Made by a program: the position numbers and the translations under genes. Shown one piece after another: positions 24,446 to 34,953 of a stretch of DNA of 39,767 nt. The stretch spans positions 1-39,767 of the forward strand of contig JAZGFI010000153.1 of the NCBI GenBank assembly GCA_036479435.1, in the 5' to 3' direction. The notes beneath the pieces are model-generated. The model ran no database searches. It had not been told where the DNA came from and saw only the letters and a program-made list of their open reading frames with translations. Origin of the DNA: Planctomycetota bacterium (GTDB taxonomy: Bacteria > Planctomycetota > GCA-002687715 > DRQF01). Numbering within the stretch: position 1 is the stretch's first letter; every line of letters begins with the position of its first letter.

Positions 24446-27400
24446 ATGAGCGAAGAATTGCCCGAGGAAGACTCAGCATCGGTCCCGCCCGCCGTGGATT
24501 GGATCGGAATCGAAATCGAGTTCGACGCCCGCATCAACTTTGCGATGGAGCAAAACGACGTCCCCGTCGTGAAGATCTTGCGCCTTTCGCGACTCGGCTT
24601 GGACGCTGAGAGCCGCGATGGTGGCGATGAGAGCGATGAGAATTTAGGGGCGTTCCGCGATCTTGAGATCACTATCGAGATCAAAGCCGATTTCGCCAAG
24701 CCGGTAAGGCTTCACCTGAGCCGGATCGATCCCGGTCAAACCGTGGTCTTGGACCGCGTCGATCTTCGGCCACGCCCCGAACGCTTGGCCCAACAAATCG
24801 AAAGCGAGTTCACCACGCTCACCACGACGGTGCGAGCGCAGGGTCGCATCTTGGGCCTAGACGAGCAGCGCTTAGAGATCTTGCCCTTTAATCACTGGCC
24901 CGCGGATGCTGCGCCACCCGAGATCCTGGCCGCTTTCTGCCTCCCCAATCACCCCGGCATCGAAGCGACCGTAGCCGCGGCGCGCCCGTACTTGGCCCGG
25001 CTGACCGGGTCCGACAGTTTCGACGGTTACCAATCAAAGGACTCACGGCGTGTTCAGGCAATGGTGCACGCGATATACATAGCGACCCGCGATCTGGGAT
25101 TTGGCTACGCCAATCCCCCGGCCAACTTCGAGACTCAAGGCCAAAAGGTCCGCCTCCCCGAACAAATGCTCGCCAACAAACTTGGCACCTGCATCGATTT
25201 GGCTTTGTTTTTGGCGGCCGCCTTAGAGCAAGCGGGGCTCGCTCCGATCTTGATTTTGCTGAACGGGCATGCCTTTGTGGGCTGTTGGCTGCACGAACAA
25301 CGCCTGCTCGAGCCCTCGATAAGTGACGGCTCCTACTTTCGAAAGTTCGCCAACCTCGGTGGTCTCGTCTTTGTCGAGGCCACGGGACTCACGACGGCGC
25401 CTCCCTTGGATTTCGAGGAGGCCGTTGAGGCCGGGCTTCGAGGTTTGTCCGACGAGCGAACGTTCCTTTACGGCATCGACATTAAGGGCTGCCGTGACGT
25501 CGGGGTTACGCCCTTGCCGTTTCGCCGCGAGGACGGTGTTTTGGTCATCGAGCCTCGGGCACGAGAAAAAACCGATCCCTCTTCCAAGACGGGCGAAGCG
25601 GAATCTCCTGAGGCCGGTGAGCCGGGGCTCAAGCTGCGCGAAGTCGTGCGAGGGCCCGCGCGCGTCGAGCACTGGAAACGGCGGCTGCTTGACCTTTCTT
25701 TGAACAACCGCTTCCTCAACTTTCGACCGACGAAGAAGACTCTCGCCCTCGAAGTTCACGACCTCGCGGTCCTCGAAGACGCGCTCGTCAGCGGCAGCAA
25801 GTTCACGATCTATGGCCGTCCCCAGGCCATCGAAGGCCAGGGCATTCGCGATCTTGACCGGCGGCTTGAGCAAACCGGTGAAGACCTTCGCCGCGACTAT
25901 TTCGTGGACCAATTCAAAGACAAACGACTGTTTTCGACGGTGGAACAAGGCGAGACCGAATCCAGGTTATTGGAGATCTATCGCCAAGCGCGGCGGACGC
26001 TCGAAGACACCGGTGCCAATACTCTTTATCTCGCCCTAGGTTTTTTGAAGTGGTCGGAAGTCGAAGGGGCTGAAACACGCCTTCGCGCCCCCATCCTTCT
26101 GCTTCCCGTGTCTTTGACCAGAAAGTCCGCACGCGAGGACTTTCGCCTGGTCCTAGGCGATGAGGAACCACGGGTCAACGTCACCTTGCTGGAGAAACTT
26201 CGGCAGGATTTCGGCCTGGATACGAAGGAACTCGAAGAACTCCCCGAGGACGAACGCGGTCTCGATATTGGCGAGATCTTAGCGCGCTGGCGTGCCGCGG
26301 TGCTGACGATAGCAGGCTGGGACGTCGAAGAAAGCGCGTCGCTAGCCCTCTTCACCTTCTCGAAGTTCATGATCTGGCAAGACCTTGAAAGCAATGTCGA
26401 AGCCCTCATGGCCAATGACTTGGTGCGGCACTTGATCGACCGGCCGGGCGAAGATTTCCGGCGGCAAGACCAAGAACCGCTAACTCCCGAGTCCCTTGAC
26501 CGCGAAGTAGCGCTGCGCGATATTTTCTGCCCCCGTGACGCCGACAGCACCCAGCTCGCCGCCGTGGTCGCCGCCACCCAGGGCCACTCTTTTGTGCTGC
26601 AAGGTCCGCCAGGGACCGGCAAGTCACAGACGATTACGAATCTGATTGCCCAGGCCTTGGCGGAGGGCAAGCGCATCTTGTTCGTGGCCGAGAAAATGGC
26701 GGCCTTAGACGTCGTGAAGGATCGTCTGGACGCCGAGGGCTTGGGCTTTGCGTGTTTGGAGATCCACTCCAACAAGGCGTCGAAACGAGTCGTCTTGGAT
26801 CAACTGCAAGAGGCGCTCGAGGTCAGCGAAAGCAAAAGCCCCGCGCGTTGGGAGCAAGCGGTGACGCGCTTCGAAACCTTGCGCGATGATCTGAACGCTT
26901 ACGTGCAAACCCTTCACGAACCGGGGAGTTTTGGGCTTTCGGTTTTCGAGGCAACCGGCCGCGTGGTGGCGCTGCGAGGTTCCTCGCGGGTACTGATAGA
27001 CGCCGCGACCCTCGCTGGCCTCGATGCCGAGACTTACGAGCAAGATGCTGAACTGACATCGGCCTTGGCGACCGCGGTCATGGCGGTTGAACAAGTAGCA
27101 CCCTTATCATCACACCCGCTTCAAGGAGTGGGCCTTGGCGATTGGCGGCCCACTTTGCCGAGGGATTTCCAGTCTCAGCTAAGAGCCCTTGAAAGTGCCG
27201 CGACCAAGGCCGAGGCCGGGTTCTCGGCTCTGGCCCCTGATCTTGAGCTAAACCCGGAAACTAATGCCAACCTCGATCTTTCGGCCCTACTCCCCGAGGC
27301 TCTAGAATTTCTCACCGGTCCGCGACCTTTGCTTGCAGAGTGGATATCGACGACGGGCTGGACCGAACGATGCGCCCGTGTCCATGAGTTGTTGGCCGAT

Positions 27401-30400
27401 GGTGAGCAGCTCAAGGTCATTGAGAATGATCTCGCCTTGCGATGGGAAGTTGGCGAAGAACCTCAGCATCCTTCACAGCTGGCTTCGCGCTGGCGGGACT
27501 TGGATAACAGCTTCTTCGTGGCGCGTTGGTGGGGGCGTCGCAAGATCATAAAAGAGCTTGAGCCTTGGCGTGGCGGCCGAACCTTACCGGATGCAGCGCA
27601 GGTCTTAGAGGATCTTGGCCACGCACAGCGGCTGCGTGAACTCCAAACGTCGATTGAAAAGGCGGATGAATCAGGCCGCGCGGCCTTTGGCGCGGCCTGG
27701 CTTGGGCTCAACTCAGATTGGCCCCGACTAAGATCCGCCTTCGAAGACGGAGAACGCCTACGCGCCACTCTGCAAACTATACGTCGGGCAAAACCCAAAC
27801 TCAGTCGGAACTTCGAAGACCGTTGGCTAGCCCTTTGCACCGACGCCGGCGATGAAGTAACACCGGGCGAAATCTTGGCCGATCGGGTGGCGGACCAAAT
27901 CCGTCTTGAGTCGGAGCTACTCCAAGCCCGGGAGGCGCTCGCCGACTTGTTGCAAGCTAGAGAAGGTGCCTTCTTCGCTGCAGGTGACGAAAAAGAATGC
28001 CTCTACGGCCGTCAGGTCCGCCGGGCTCAATGCTGGTGGGAAAGCCGTGAGGCTCTTCGCGATTGGTGCCACTTCCAGCGAGTTCTTACGAGCGCGAATG
28101 ATCGCGGACTTGGGGCGTTCTGCGACGCCATGCAGTCGGGAGATCTTAGGGCGTCCGAGCTGTCGCAAGTCGTGGAGCGCTCGCGATTGGAGACTTGGCT
28201 TGAGGACCGCTTCGAATCGCAGCCTCGGTTGCGGCAGTTCAATCGCGGAGCTCACGAGTCGAACTTGGCCGAGTTTAGGCGGCGTGACAAGGAGCTGATG
28301 GCCTTGAACCGTCAAGTCGTGGCGGCCCGCGTCCAGGCGCGTTTACCGAAGACCAGCGGTACTGAAGTCAAAGGCTCTGAGCTGGCCTTGCTTCGCCGCG
28401 AGATCACCAAAAAGGCCCGGCACAAATCGATCCGGCGCCTTTTGGCTGAAGCCCCGAATGTGATCGCTCGACTGAAGCCCTGCCTACTGATGAGCCCTTT
28501 GAGTGTCTCCCAGTATTTAGATCCCGCTCTTTTTGCTGCGGCCGATATCGTCGTCTTCGACGAAGCCTCGCAGATCCCAGTCTGGGATGCGATTGGAGCT
28601 TTGGCGCGGGGCAAGACGGCCGTCGTTGTCGGCGACACTAAGCAGTTGCCGCCAACCGCGTTCTTTCAACGCGCGCACACCTTCGTCGTTGACGACTATG
28701 ACCTCGATGCAAAGGCGGGTGATGACGAGGCCGCCGAGGAAGAGATTCCGGAAGACCTCGAAAGCGTTTTGGATGAGTGCCTACTGAACCTCCGTGAGAT
28801 GCGACTCGGCTGGCATTACCGCAGCCGTCATGAGAGTCTCATCGCCTTCAGCAATCACCACTACTACGGCAATAGCCTGTTTACTTTTCCCAGCCCCGGT
28901 GAAGCGTCTGATCGCGTTGGTGTCTCGCACCGATTCGTCGAGGACGGCGTCTACGACCGCGGCCGCAGTGCCGCCAACCGCATCGAGGCGGAAGCCTTGG
29001 TCGCCGATCTCCTCATCCGGCTGCGCGACGCTGAGGAAGATCGCAGTTTCGGGATCGTGGCTTTCAGTCAGGTTCAGCAGAAGACGATCGAGGACCTTTT
29101 GGAAAAGGCGCGGGCTCGCCATCCCGAGATTGAGCGGCATTTTCACGAAGGCGATGCCGAGGCTTTGTTCGTCAAGAATCTTGAGAATGTCCAGGGCGAT
29201 GAACGCGACGTCATCATGTTTTCGGTGGGCTACGGCCGGGATGATACCGGGCGCCTCATGATGAACTTCGGTCCTTTGAACCGACCGGGCGGCGAGCGAC
29301 GTCTGAATGTCGCGATCACCCGCGCCCGCGAACAGCTTGTGGTCTATTCCTCGATCCTGCCCGAAGACATTGACCTCAGTCGCACCCGGGCTTTGGCCGT
29401 GAAACATCTGAAGGTGTTTTTGGAGTACGCGCGGCGGGGCCCCTCGGTGTTGGCGCCGCTCGACGACGAGGTGGAAGCAAAAGATGAGGCCCAGAAAAAG
29501 GCGCCGTTGCGGAAGCTCGGGCCTGGCTTCGTTGAATCTCTCGGCGCAACCCTTCGAGCGCGCGGTCACGAAGTTGCCACGAGAGTTGGCTCGTCTTCTT
29601 ATCGAGTGGATTTAGCCCTTCGCGATCCCAAAAACCCCGATCGCTTTTGGTTGGGAATCGAGTGCGACGGCCAAAACTACCGCGATGCCGCCACGGCCAG
29701 GGATCGCGATCGCATTCGCCCTGAAGTCATGGGACATCTCGGCTGGGAGCTACACCGCGTGTGGTGCGTCGATTGGTGGCAAGATCCCGACGGTGAGCTG
29801 GATCGGATCGAGGCGCACTTGGCCGCGGTGGCCGAGGCCGCGGCGACCGAGGCCGCCGTATTCGAGATTGAGATTGAGGTTGAGGCTTCGTCCGATGGCG
29901 ACGCCAATGAAGATAGGGGAGATGACGACCCTGAGAATCCGGCTGAAGTCCACGAGACCGAAGAGGCCTATGGCGAAGCTCCGGCGGAATCTCCACGCTT
30001 CGCGGTCTACCCGGCCATTGCGCCCGCGCCCGAGTTAGGAATTGGAAAGGCGATCTACAGCAAGGAGATGAGCGCGAAAGTTGTAGAGCGCCTAGCCGAA
30101 GTCATCGACGCCGAGGCACCCTTGCATCTCGACCTTTTATGTCGTCGGCTGACCGATTGTTTTGAGGGCTCACGTCTCACCGACAAGTTGCGCAACTTTG
30201 TGGGCCATCACCTCGCGCTTCACGCCGAATCCTTTTCATCTGAGATCCGTGGCGATCAAGTCTGGCCACGCGGTTCCTTAAGCGAGCACTATGAACTTGT
30301 CCGCCAGCCCGAGGACGGCGAAAGCCGCGACCTCGGCGAGATCGCCACTGAGGAATTGGCTAACGCCGTGGTGCTCGTACTGCGCGACCAGATTGCGCTC

Positions 30401-30550
30401 GATCGCGGCGATCTCCATCGCGCCACGGCGGCCCTATTCGGAACCAAGAGGGTGGGGACCAAGGTCGCGGCGGCCGTCGATCGGGGATTGGAGGCCGTCA
30501 CCAGCAAGGGTCTCGCCCGCATCGAAGGCGAACGCGTGATCTACACCTGA
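24446..30550 (+). CDS. Large transglutaminase-like + DUF4011 + SF1 (UPF1-like) helicase + Vsr/MTES_1575-like nuclease + DUF3320 protein (Hhe-like)
   Basis: WKRRLLDLSLNNRFLN (DUF4011); helicase motifs QGPPGTGKS, FDEASQ, GDTKQLPP, HYRS, NVQGDERD and RRLNVAITRAR; nuclease RVDLA...GIECDG...RDRDRIR...GW..HRVW; N-terminal GTCID...GHAF. Confidence 0.88.
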   Translation: MSEELPEEDSASVPPAVDWIGIEIEFDARINFAMEQNDVPVVKILRLSRLGLDAESRDGGDESDENLGAFRDLEITIEIKADFAKPVRLHLSRIDPGQTVVLDRVDLRPRPERLAQQIESEFTTLTTTVRAQGRILGLDEQRLEILPFNHWPADAAPPEILAAFCLPNHPGIEATVAAARPYLARLTGSDSFDGYQSKDSRRVQAMVHAIYIATRDLGFGYANPPANFETQGQKVRLPEQMLANKLGTCIDLALFLAAALEQAGLAPILILLNGHAFVGCWLHEQRLLEPSISDGSYFRKFANLGGLVFVEATGLTTAPPLDFEEAVEAGLRGLSDERTFLYGIDIKGCRDVGVTPLPFRREDGVLVIEPRAREKTDPSSKTGEAESPEAGEPGLKLREVVRGPARVEHWKRRLLDLSLNNRFLNFRPTKKTLALEVHDLAVLEDALVSGSKFTIYGRPQAIEGQGIRDLDRRLEQTGEDLRRDYFVDQFKDKRLFSTVEQGETESRLLEIYRQARRTLEDTGANTLYLALGFLKWSEVEGAETRLRAPILLLPVSLTRKSAREDFRLVLGDEEPRVNVTLLEKLRQDFGLDTKELEELPEDERGLDIGEILARWRAAVLTIAGWDVEESASLALFTFSKFMIWQDLESNVEALMANDLVRHLIDRPGEDFRRQDQEPLTPESLDREVALRDIFCPRDADSTQLAAVVAATQGHSFVLQGPPGTGKSQTITNLIAQALAEGKRILFVAEKMAALDVVKDRLDAEGLGFACLEIHSNKASKRVVLDQLQEALEVSESKSPARWEQAVTRFETLRDDLNAYVQTLHEPGSFGLSVFEATGRVVALRGSSRVLIDAATLAGLDAETYEQDAELTSALATAVMAVEQVAPLSSHPLQGVGLGDWRPTLPRDFQSQLRALESAATKAEAGFSALAPDLELNPETNANLDLSALLPEALEFLTGPRPLLAEWISTTGWTERCARVHELLADGEQLKVIENDLALRWEVGEEPQHPSQLASRWRDLDNSFFVARWWGRRKIIKELEPWRGGRTLPDAAQVLEDLGHAQRLRELQTSIEKADESGRAAFGAAWLGLNSDWPRLRSAFEDGERLRATLQTIRRAKPKLSRNFEDRWLALCTDAGDEVTPGEILADRVADQIRLESELLQAREALADLLQAREGAFFAAGDEKECLYGRQVRRAQCWWESREALRDWCHFQRVLTSANDRGLGAFCDAMQSGDLRASELSQVVERSRLETWLEDRFESQPRLRQFNRGAHESNLAEFRRRDKELMALNRQVVAARVQARLPKTSGTEVKGSELALLRREITKKARHKSIRRLLAEAPNVIARLKPCLLMSPLSVSQYLDPALFAAADIVVFDEASQIPVWDAIGALARGKTAVVVGDTKQLPPTAFFQRAHTFVVDDYDLDAKAGDDEAAEEEIPEDLESVLDECLLNLREMRLGWHYRSRHESLIAFSNHHYYGNSLFTFPSPGEASDRVGVSHRFVEDGVYDRGRSAANRIEAEALVADLLIRLRDAEEDRSFGIVAFSQVQQKTIEDLLEKARARHPEIERHFHEGDAEALFVKNLENVQGDERDVIMFSVGYGRDDTGRLMMNFGPLNRPGGERRLNVAITRAREQLVVYSSILPEDIDLSRTRALAVKHLKVFLEYARRGPSVLAPLDDEVEAKDEAQKKAPLRKLGPGFVESLGATLRARGHEVATRVGSSSYRVDLALRDPKNPDRFWLGIECDGQNYRDAATARDRDRIRPEVMGHLGWELHRVWCVDWWQDPDGELDRIEAHLAAVAEAAATEAAVFEIEIEVEASSDGDANEDRGDDDPENPAEVHETEEAYGEAPAESPRFAVYPAIAPAPELGIGKAIYSKEMSAKVVERLAEVIDAEAPLHLDLLCRRLTDCFEGSRLTDKLRNFVGHHLALHAESFSSEIRGDQVWPRGSLSEHYELVRQPEDGESRDLGEIATEELANAVVLVLRDQIALDRGDLHRATAALFGTKRVGTKVAAAVDRGLEAVTSKGLARIEGERVIYT

Positions 30551-30665
30551 GGCTCCCACCACTTAGACCAAGCATGGACGGCCCTACATCCAGGTTGAAC
30601 CCTCAGGATTTTGAAAACCCAGCGGATCCGTTACTCTGCGGCTCCGATCGACCTCAAGGAGCCAA

Positions 30666-31244
30666 ATGGCCATGGGCACCAAAGCCACCGAAATTCGCAA
30701 GGGCAACGTTTTGGACATCGACGGCGATCTTTGGCTCGTCGTGACGCGCGAGCACATCGCCCCGGGTAACTGGCGCGCCATCAATCACTTCAAGCTCAAA
30801 AACCTCATGAACGGCAACACCAAAGCTCTTCGTTGTGGCTCTGGCGAAATGCTCGAAGTGGCTTTCATGGAAAAGCGCAAAGCTCAGTACCTCTATCAAG
30901 ACGGGACCACCAAGTCCTACGTCTTCATGGATCTCAAAAACTACGAGCAGTACGAACTCAACGAAGACGTCCTCAAAGACGCCATGAAGTTCGTCGTCGA
31001 ACAGCAAGAAGTCGACCTCACCTTCCACGGCGAGCGCGCGATCTCCATCGACTTGCCAGGCTCTGTAGCCATGAAAGTCACCGAGTCCGAACCGGCCATC
31101 AAGGGCAACACCGTTTCGAACCTCTTCAAACGAGCCGTCGTTGAAACCGGCCTCGAAGTCAAAGTGCCCTTGCACATCGACGTCGGCGAGATGATCAAGG
31201 TCAGCACTGAGACTGGCGAGTTTCAGGGCCGCTCCAAAGAGTAG
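30666..31244 (+). CDS. efp: Translation elongation factor P
   Basis: ATEIRKGNVL, HIAPGNWRA, QYLYQDG, FMDLKNYEQ, KGNTV, ETGLEVKVPLHI and TGEFQGR. The start could be 30672. Confidence 0.95.
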   Translation: MAMGTKATEIRKGNVLDIDGDLWLVVTREHIAPGNWRAINHFKLKNLMNGNTKALRCGSGEMLEVAFMEKRKAQYLYQDGTTKSYVFMDLKNYEQYELNEDVLKDAMKFVVEQQEVDLTFHGERAISIDLPGSVAMKVTESEPAIKGNTVSNLFKRAVVETGLEVKVPLHIDVGEMIKVSTETGEFQGRSKE

Positions 31245-31261
31245 ATCGGCGCCATCCATAC

Positions 31262-31296
31262 AAAACGGCCACGAATCGCTAGGCGATCCGTGGCCG
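31262..31296 (-). terminator. Intrinsic terminator between convergent efp and the secreted-protein gene
   Basis: Minus strand CGGCCACGGATCGC-CTA-GCGATTCGTGGCCG-TTTT. Confidence 0.7.
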
Positions 31297-31310
31297 CATC
31301 ACTTTGAGGC

Positions 31311-32330
31311 TTACTTGCCTCGACTGAGACTCGGTATCGGGATTTGGGGTCCGCAGATTTCGACGAGCATCAAGATGCTCCCGTCTTCGAGGTCGACCTC
31401 GGCCACGGTGCCGACTCCCGGAGCAAAGAACTTCTGTTCGGATGCACTTGGCTCCAGGGCGCTGCTATCCACGATCATGACGCAGCTGCTAAAGGTTCCG
31501 GCCGTGACCGTGATGGACGTCGTCGCTGAATGAGCCCTCGCCACGTCTTCCACCACGGCGGGAAGATACTCTTGGCGGTAGATGGCACCGGCCTGCGGAT
31601 TCGCGAGCATGGTGATCCCAGGCTGGGCGCCGTTTTTGCCGTAGCGCCAGGAGCCATCGAGATTGTCGAGGAAGCCGTTCTCGTAATTCTTGGTGAGTTC
31701 GCCGAAACTCCAGACCGTGCCTGAACTGTCTTGCGAGACCCACTCGACGGTAACTTCTTCTTCGTCGCCCGCGTGGTTCGTCGTCGTTTCGTTCACGACT
31801 CTGCAGGTGACGCCGTTAATGACTTGTGTTTTTTCGAGGACGGTGACTTCGATGGTCTCAAGGCCATCGTCGCTGTCTTTTTGATAGATGCGAGTTTGCC
31901 CGACGACGAGGGGATAGTAGGGGTTGCTGATGTTCGGGCTGAAGTTCGACGGGTCGATGCGCGGCTGGTAGGCCTCGGGACCAAGTTCATCGATCAAGTT
32001 AATGCGCGCCGCGAGTTGCTCCGATGCGAGAAACAGGACGTCGTTGTAGTGGCCGAAAGCCGCGGCGATTCTGGCGGAGAAGTCGGCGCCGTGACCGTTA
32101 TGGGCGACGGCGACTTCCAACCAAAATTCAGTCTCCGCGGCATTGAGGCTTGCGAAGTGCGACGCCTTCGCGGTCAGCATCGCGGGAGAAGCCGCAACGG
32201 TTCCATTTGAGGATGAGCTTGCGGAAACTCCATTGTTGGCGACCGTAATTCCAAAGATCAAGATGGCCATGAGGCCAGCGATCCCGAGGCGTGTGGCCCG
32301 AGAGAGTTCGAGGCTTGGGAAGGGAAGCAT
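31311..32330 (-). CDS. Conserved secreted hypothetical protein downstream of the two-component system
   Basis: Signal or TM N-terminus; NPYYPLVVG, WVSQDSSGTVWSFGE, GAQPGITMLANP, YRQEY and KFFAPGVG. Confidence 0.8.
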   Translation of the reverse strand: MLPFPSLELSRATRLGIAGLMAILIFGITVANNGVSASSSSNGTVAASPAMLTAKASHFASLNAAETEFWLEVAVAHNGHGADFSARIAAAFGHYNDVLFLASEQLAARINLIDELGPEAYQPRIDPSNFSPNISNPYYPLVVGQTRIYQKDSDDGLETIEVTVLEKTQVINGVTCRVVNETTTNHAGDEEEVTVEWVSQDSSGTVWSFGELTKNYENGFLDNLDGSWRYGKNGAQPGITMLANPQAGAIYRQEYLPAVVEDVARAHSATTSITVTAGTFSSCVMIVDSSALEPSASEQKFFAPGVGTVAEVDLEDGSILMLVEICGPQIPIPSLSRGK

Positions 32331-32454
32331 GAGTCATCTCCGGGGGTTGTCAGTCGAGGATTGGCGTGCGCATCGCCGAACTCTCGCTTTCAGCATGGCA
32401 AAGTTCGGGGCGGACAAAGTTATCGTTAGGTGATCTTGGTGAGTTCGAAATCGC

Positions 32455-33986
32455 TCATCGGCGACTCGTCGGAGGGCATTGCTTGCCGATAGATAGCTCT
32501 GCGACAAAGATGCCGTCTTCCAGGCGGTAGTATAGCTGCCCTCCGAGCAAGGTCGTGGTGCGCTCGGCGAGGGCCAAGCCCAAGCCGACATGCTCAGAGC
32601 GTGCCCGTGAGCCATCGCGGCACCAAAAAGGCTCGCTGAGGTGTTCCAGGTCGGCTTCGCTTAGGTCCCGAGCTTCGTTGGCGAGTCGCCAGCGCACACG
32701 GCCCTCGCCCTCGAAAAGTCGCGATTCGATTTTCGTACCCGCGTCGGCATGGAACACGGCGTTGTTGATCAAGTTTGAGATGACGATGCGCAACAAGGCG
32801 GGGTCGCTTTCGAGAATGGCTTGTTCCGCGGCACATTCAATCTCGATCTGACGGGTTTCCGCTTGGTGGAGTTGTTCTTGCCAGGATTCGTCAACGATGG
32901 CGCCCAAGTCGACCGGAATGCGCTCGACTTGAACTTCGCCCGACTCGATACGGGCCATGTGGAGCAAACCGTTGACAATGCGGTGCATGCGCCGGCTCGT
33001 CTCGGCGGCGACCTGCCGCAGGTTCTCCTCTAACTCCACATCTTGATTCCAACGTTCGGCGACATCACTCGCAGAGCGCAACTCGGCAATGGGGGTTCGC
33101 AGTTCGTGCGCGAGGTTGGCGGTGATGCGGCGCTCGCGCTCAAAAGAGGCATCCAGGCGTTCGAGCAAGTCGTTAAGCGTGCTGGCTAAAGTTTGGACTT
33201 CGCGATGAAGGCCGTCTTCGGGCATGCGGGCCTTGAGCGTGGTGACATTGACTTCGGAGGCGCAGCGCCCCAAAAGACCAACTGCGAAAGTCCGCGACCC
33301 ACGATGAAGCGAATGGAGAAAAGTCCCAGCAGGCCGAAGAGGAAAGCCCCCAGCCCCAGTCCCCATCGGAGTGTGTGCAGTTGGCCGTCCAGCCGTTCGC
33401 GGCTCCGCGCTACGGTAATGAAAGCGAGTCTTTTCTCCGGCGTCTTGGACGCGAGGACTTTTCCTTTTGCTGGTACCGCCGGAGCCCCCGCCGACACAAG
33501 TTCGCGCCCGCCCGGTCTGTTCTCCATCCCCTCGCCTTCGCCCTCGTCGCCATCCTCATCGTCTGGCGAGATTTCAAAACGGAGAACCAGGGAACGGCCG
33601 GGCCGTCCGTCGGGCAGAGTTAGATCCTGCGTTCGGTAGTTGCCATGACTGGCCGCGGCTTTGTCTTTACCCCAAATCGGAGGCTTGCCGCGCATTGAGG
33701 GGGAGCGCCCCAACTTATTCTCCGCCGGAACATAGATCTCAAAGTAGTTGGCACCGGTAACATCGGCATACTCCGGCAGACTGGAGGGGTCGTACTCAAT
33801 GCCAACCGTGCCGTCTTCGTAATCCAAAAAGGCGCTGATGGCTCGTGCCCGCGAAAGCGAAGTTTGATCGAACTCCTCGATCAGGGCCTTTTGCACCCAC
33901 CAATAAATGGAAAAGCCCGAGACCGCGGCCATCGACGTAAAACCCAGCACCAGCCAAAGCGACAAGAATCCCCGCAGCGATCTCAT
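32455..33986 (-). pseudogene. Sensor histidine kinase (CusS/CzcS-like) split by a 1-nt frameshift near 33284
   Basis: TM1-periplasmic-TM2 in one frame; HAMP, H-box NLAHELRTP, N-box NLINNA and G-box GLGLA in another. Adding one C gives GRGLSPVGLL. Confidence 0.85.
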
Positions 33987-34660
33987 GGTGCCTGCTCATC
34001 GAGGACGTAGCCAAGTCCTCGCCTCGTGTGAATAAGCGGCCGCGACGACTTCCCCCCGAGCTTATCCCGCAGCGTCGAGATCGCCGAAGGCACCACGTTG
34101 CTCATCGGAAAGTTCTCCTCACCATAAAGGTGGTCTTCGATCTCAATCCGCGAGACCGTTTCTCCCCGTCGATTCGCCAAGAAATTCAACAACGCAAACT
34201 CCCGCGCGGTCAGCGAAACGGCATCGCCTCCCCGCGTCACCGATCGGGTAGTGGTATCAATCACCAAGTCGCCAATCTCGGTAACCGCATTCAGTTTCCC
34301 GCAACGGCGCCGCACCAGGGCCTCAACACGCGCCACCAGTTCATCAAAGGCGAAGGGCTTCACCAGATAGTCGTCCGCCCCCATCCGCAGTCCTTTGATG
34401 CGATCGCTCACGCCATCCCGCGCCGTCAACAGCAGCACCGGCACATCGCTCCCCGCATTGCGCAAGGTCGTCAGAACCGCAATGCCATCCATCAGCGGCA
34501 GCATCAAATCAAGAACGATGGCGTCGTAGGGTTCGCGAAGGGCATAAGACAAGCCCTTTTTACCATCCAAGGCAACGTCCACGGCATAGCCCAGGCGCTT
34601 AAAGCCCTTTTTGAGCGAGAACACCAAGCTCTCAGAGTCTTCAACCAAAAGCAGACGCAT
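33983..34660 (-). CDS. OmpR-family response regulator
   Basis: MRLLLVED, YDAIVLDLMLP, LTARD, GADDYLVKPF, LTAREFALL and IHTRRGLGY. Confidence 0.95.
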   Translation of the reverse strand: MRLLLVEDSESLVFSLKKGFKRLGYAVDVALDGKKGLSYALREPYDAIVLDLMLPLMDGIAVLTTLRNAGSDVPVLLLTARDGVSDRIKGLRMGADDYLVKPFAFDELVARVEALVRRRCGKLNAVTEIGDLVIDTTTRSVTRGGDAVSLTAREFALLNFLANRRGETVSRIEIEDHLYGEENFPMSNVVPSAISTLRDKLGGKSSRPLIHTRRGLGYVLDEQAP

Positions 34661-34953
34661 ATCACCTTCCACGCAACAACCTGTCTCAAGCCCGGCAGCC
34701 TGCGCGACTCCGTCGCATCCCGAAAGCCATCACCATCCGCAAGCCCCGATTCTACCGGTCCACTCAACGAACCCCGCCGATCGAATCTCACTCCCAGCCT
34801 CGCCTTCCTCACTCAACTGTACGCCCTGCGCCCTCAGATCGGATTACGCCAGCATGATCGCCACCGCAGCTCATTTCCCCGCCAACGCAAGCCCCAACCC
34901 CTCCTCCGCTTAGGCCACAGCGTCCGCATCAAAACCCAAAAACTCCCCCAACC

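Noticed and set aside
23443..31244. Agmatinase-efp link as a hypusine-like modification pathway
   Set aside because: This EF-P has Asn rather than Lys at the tip, and no deoxyhypusine synthase is in the window.
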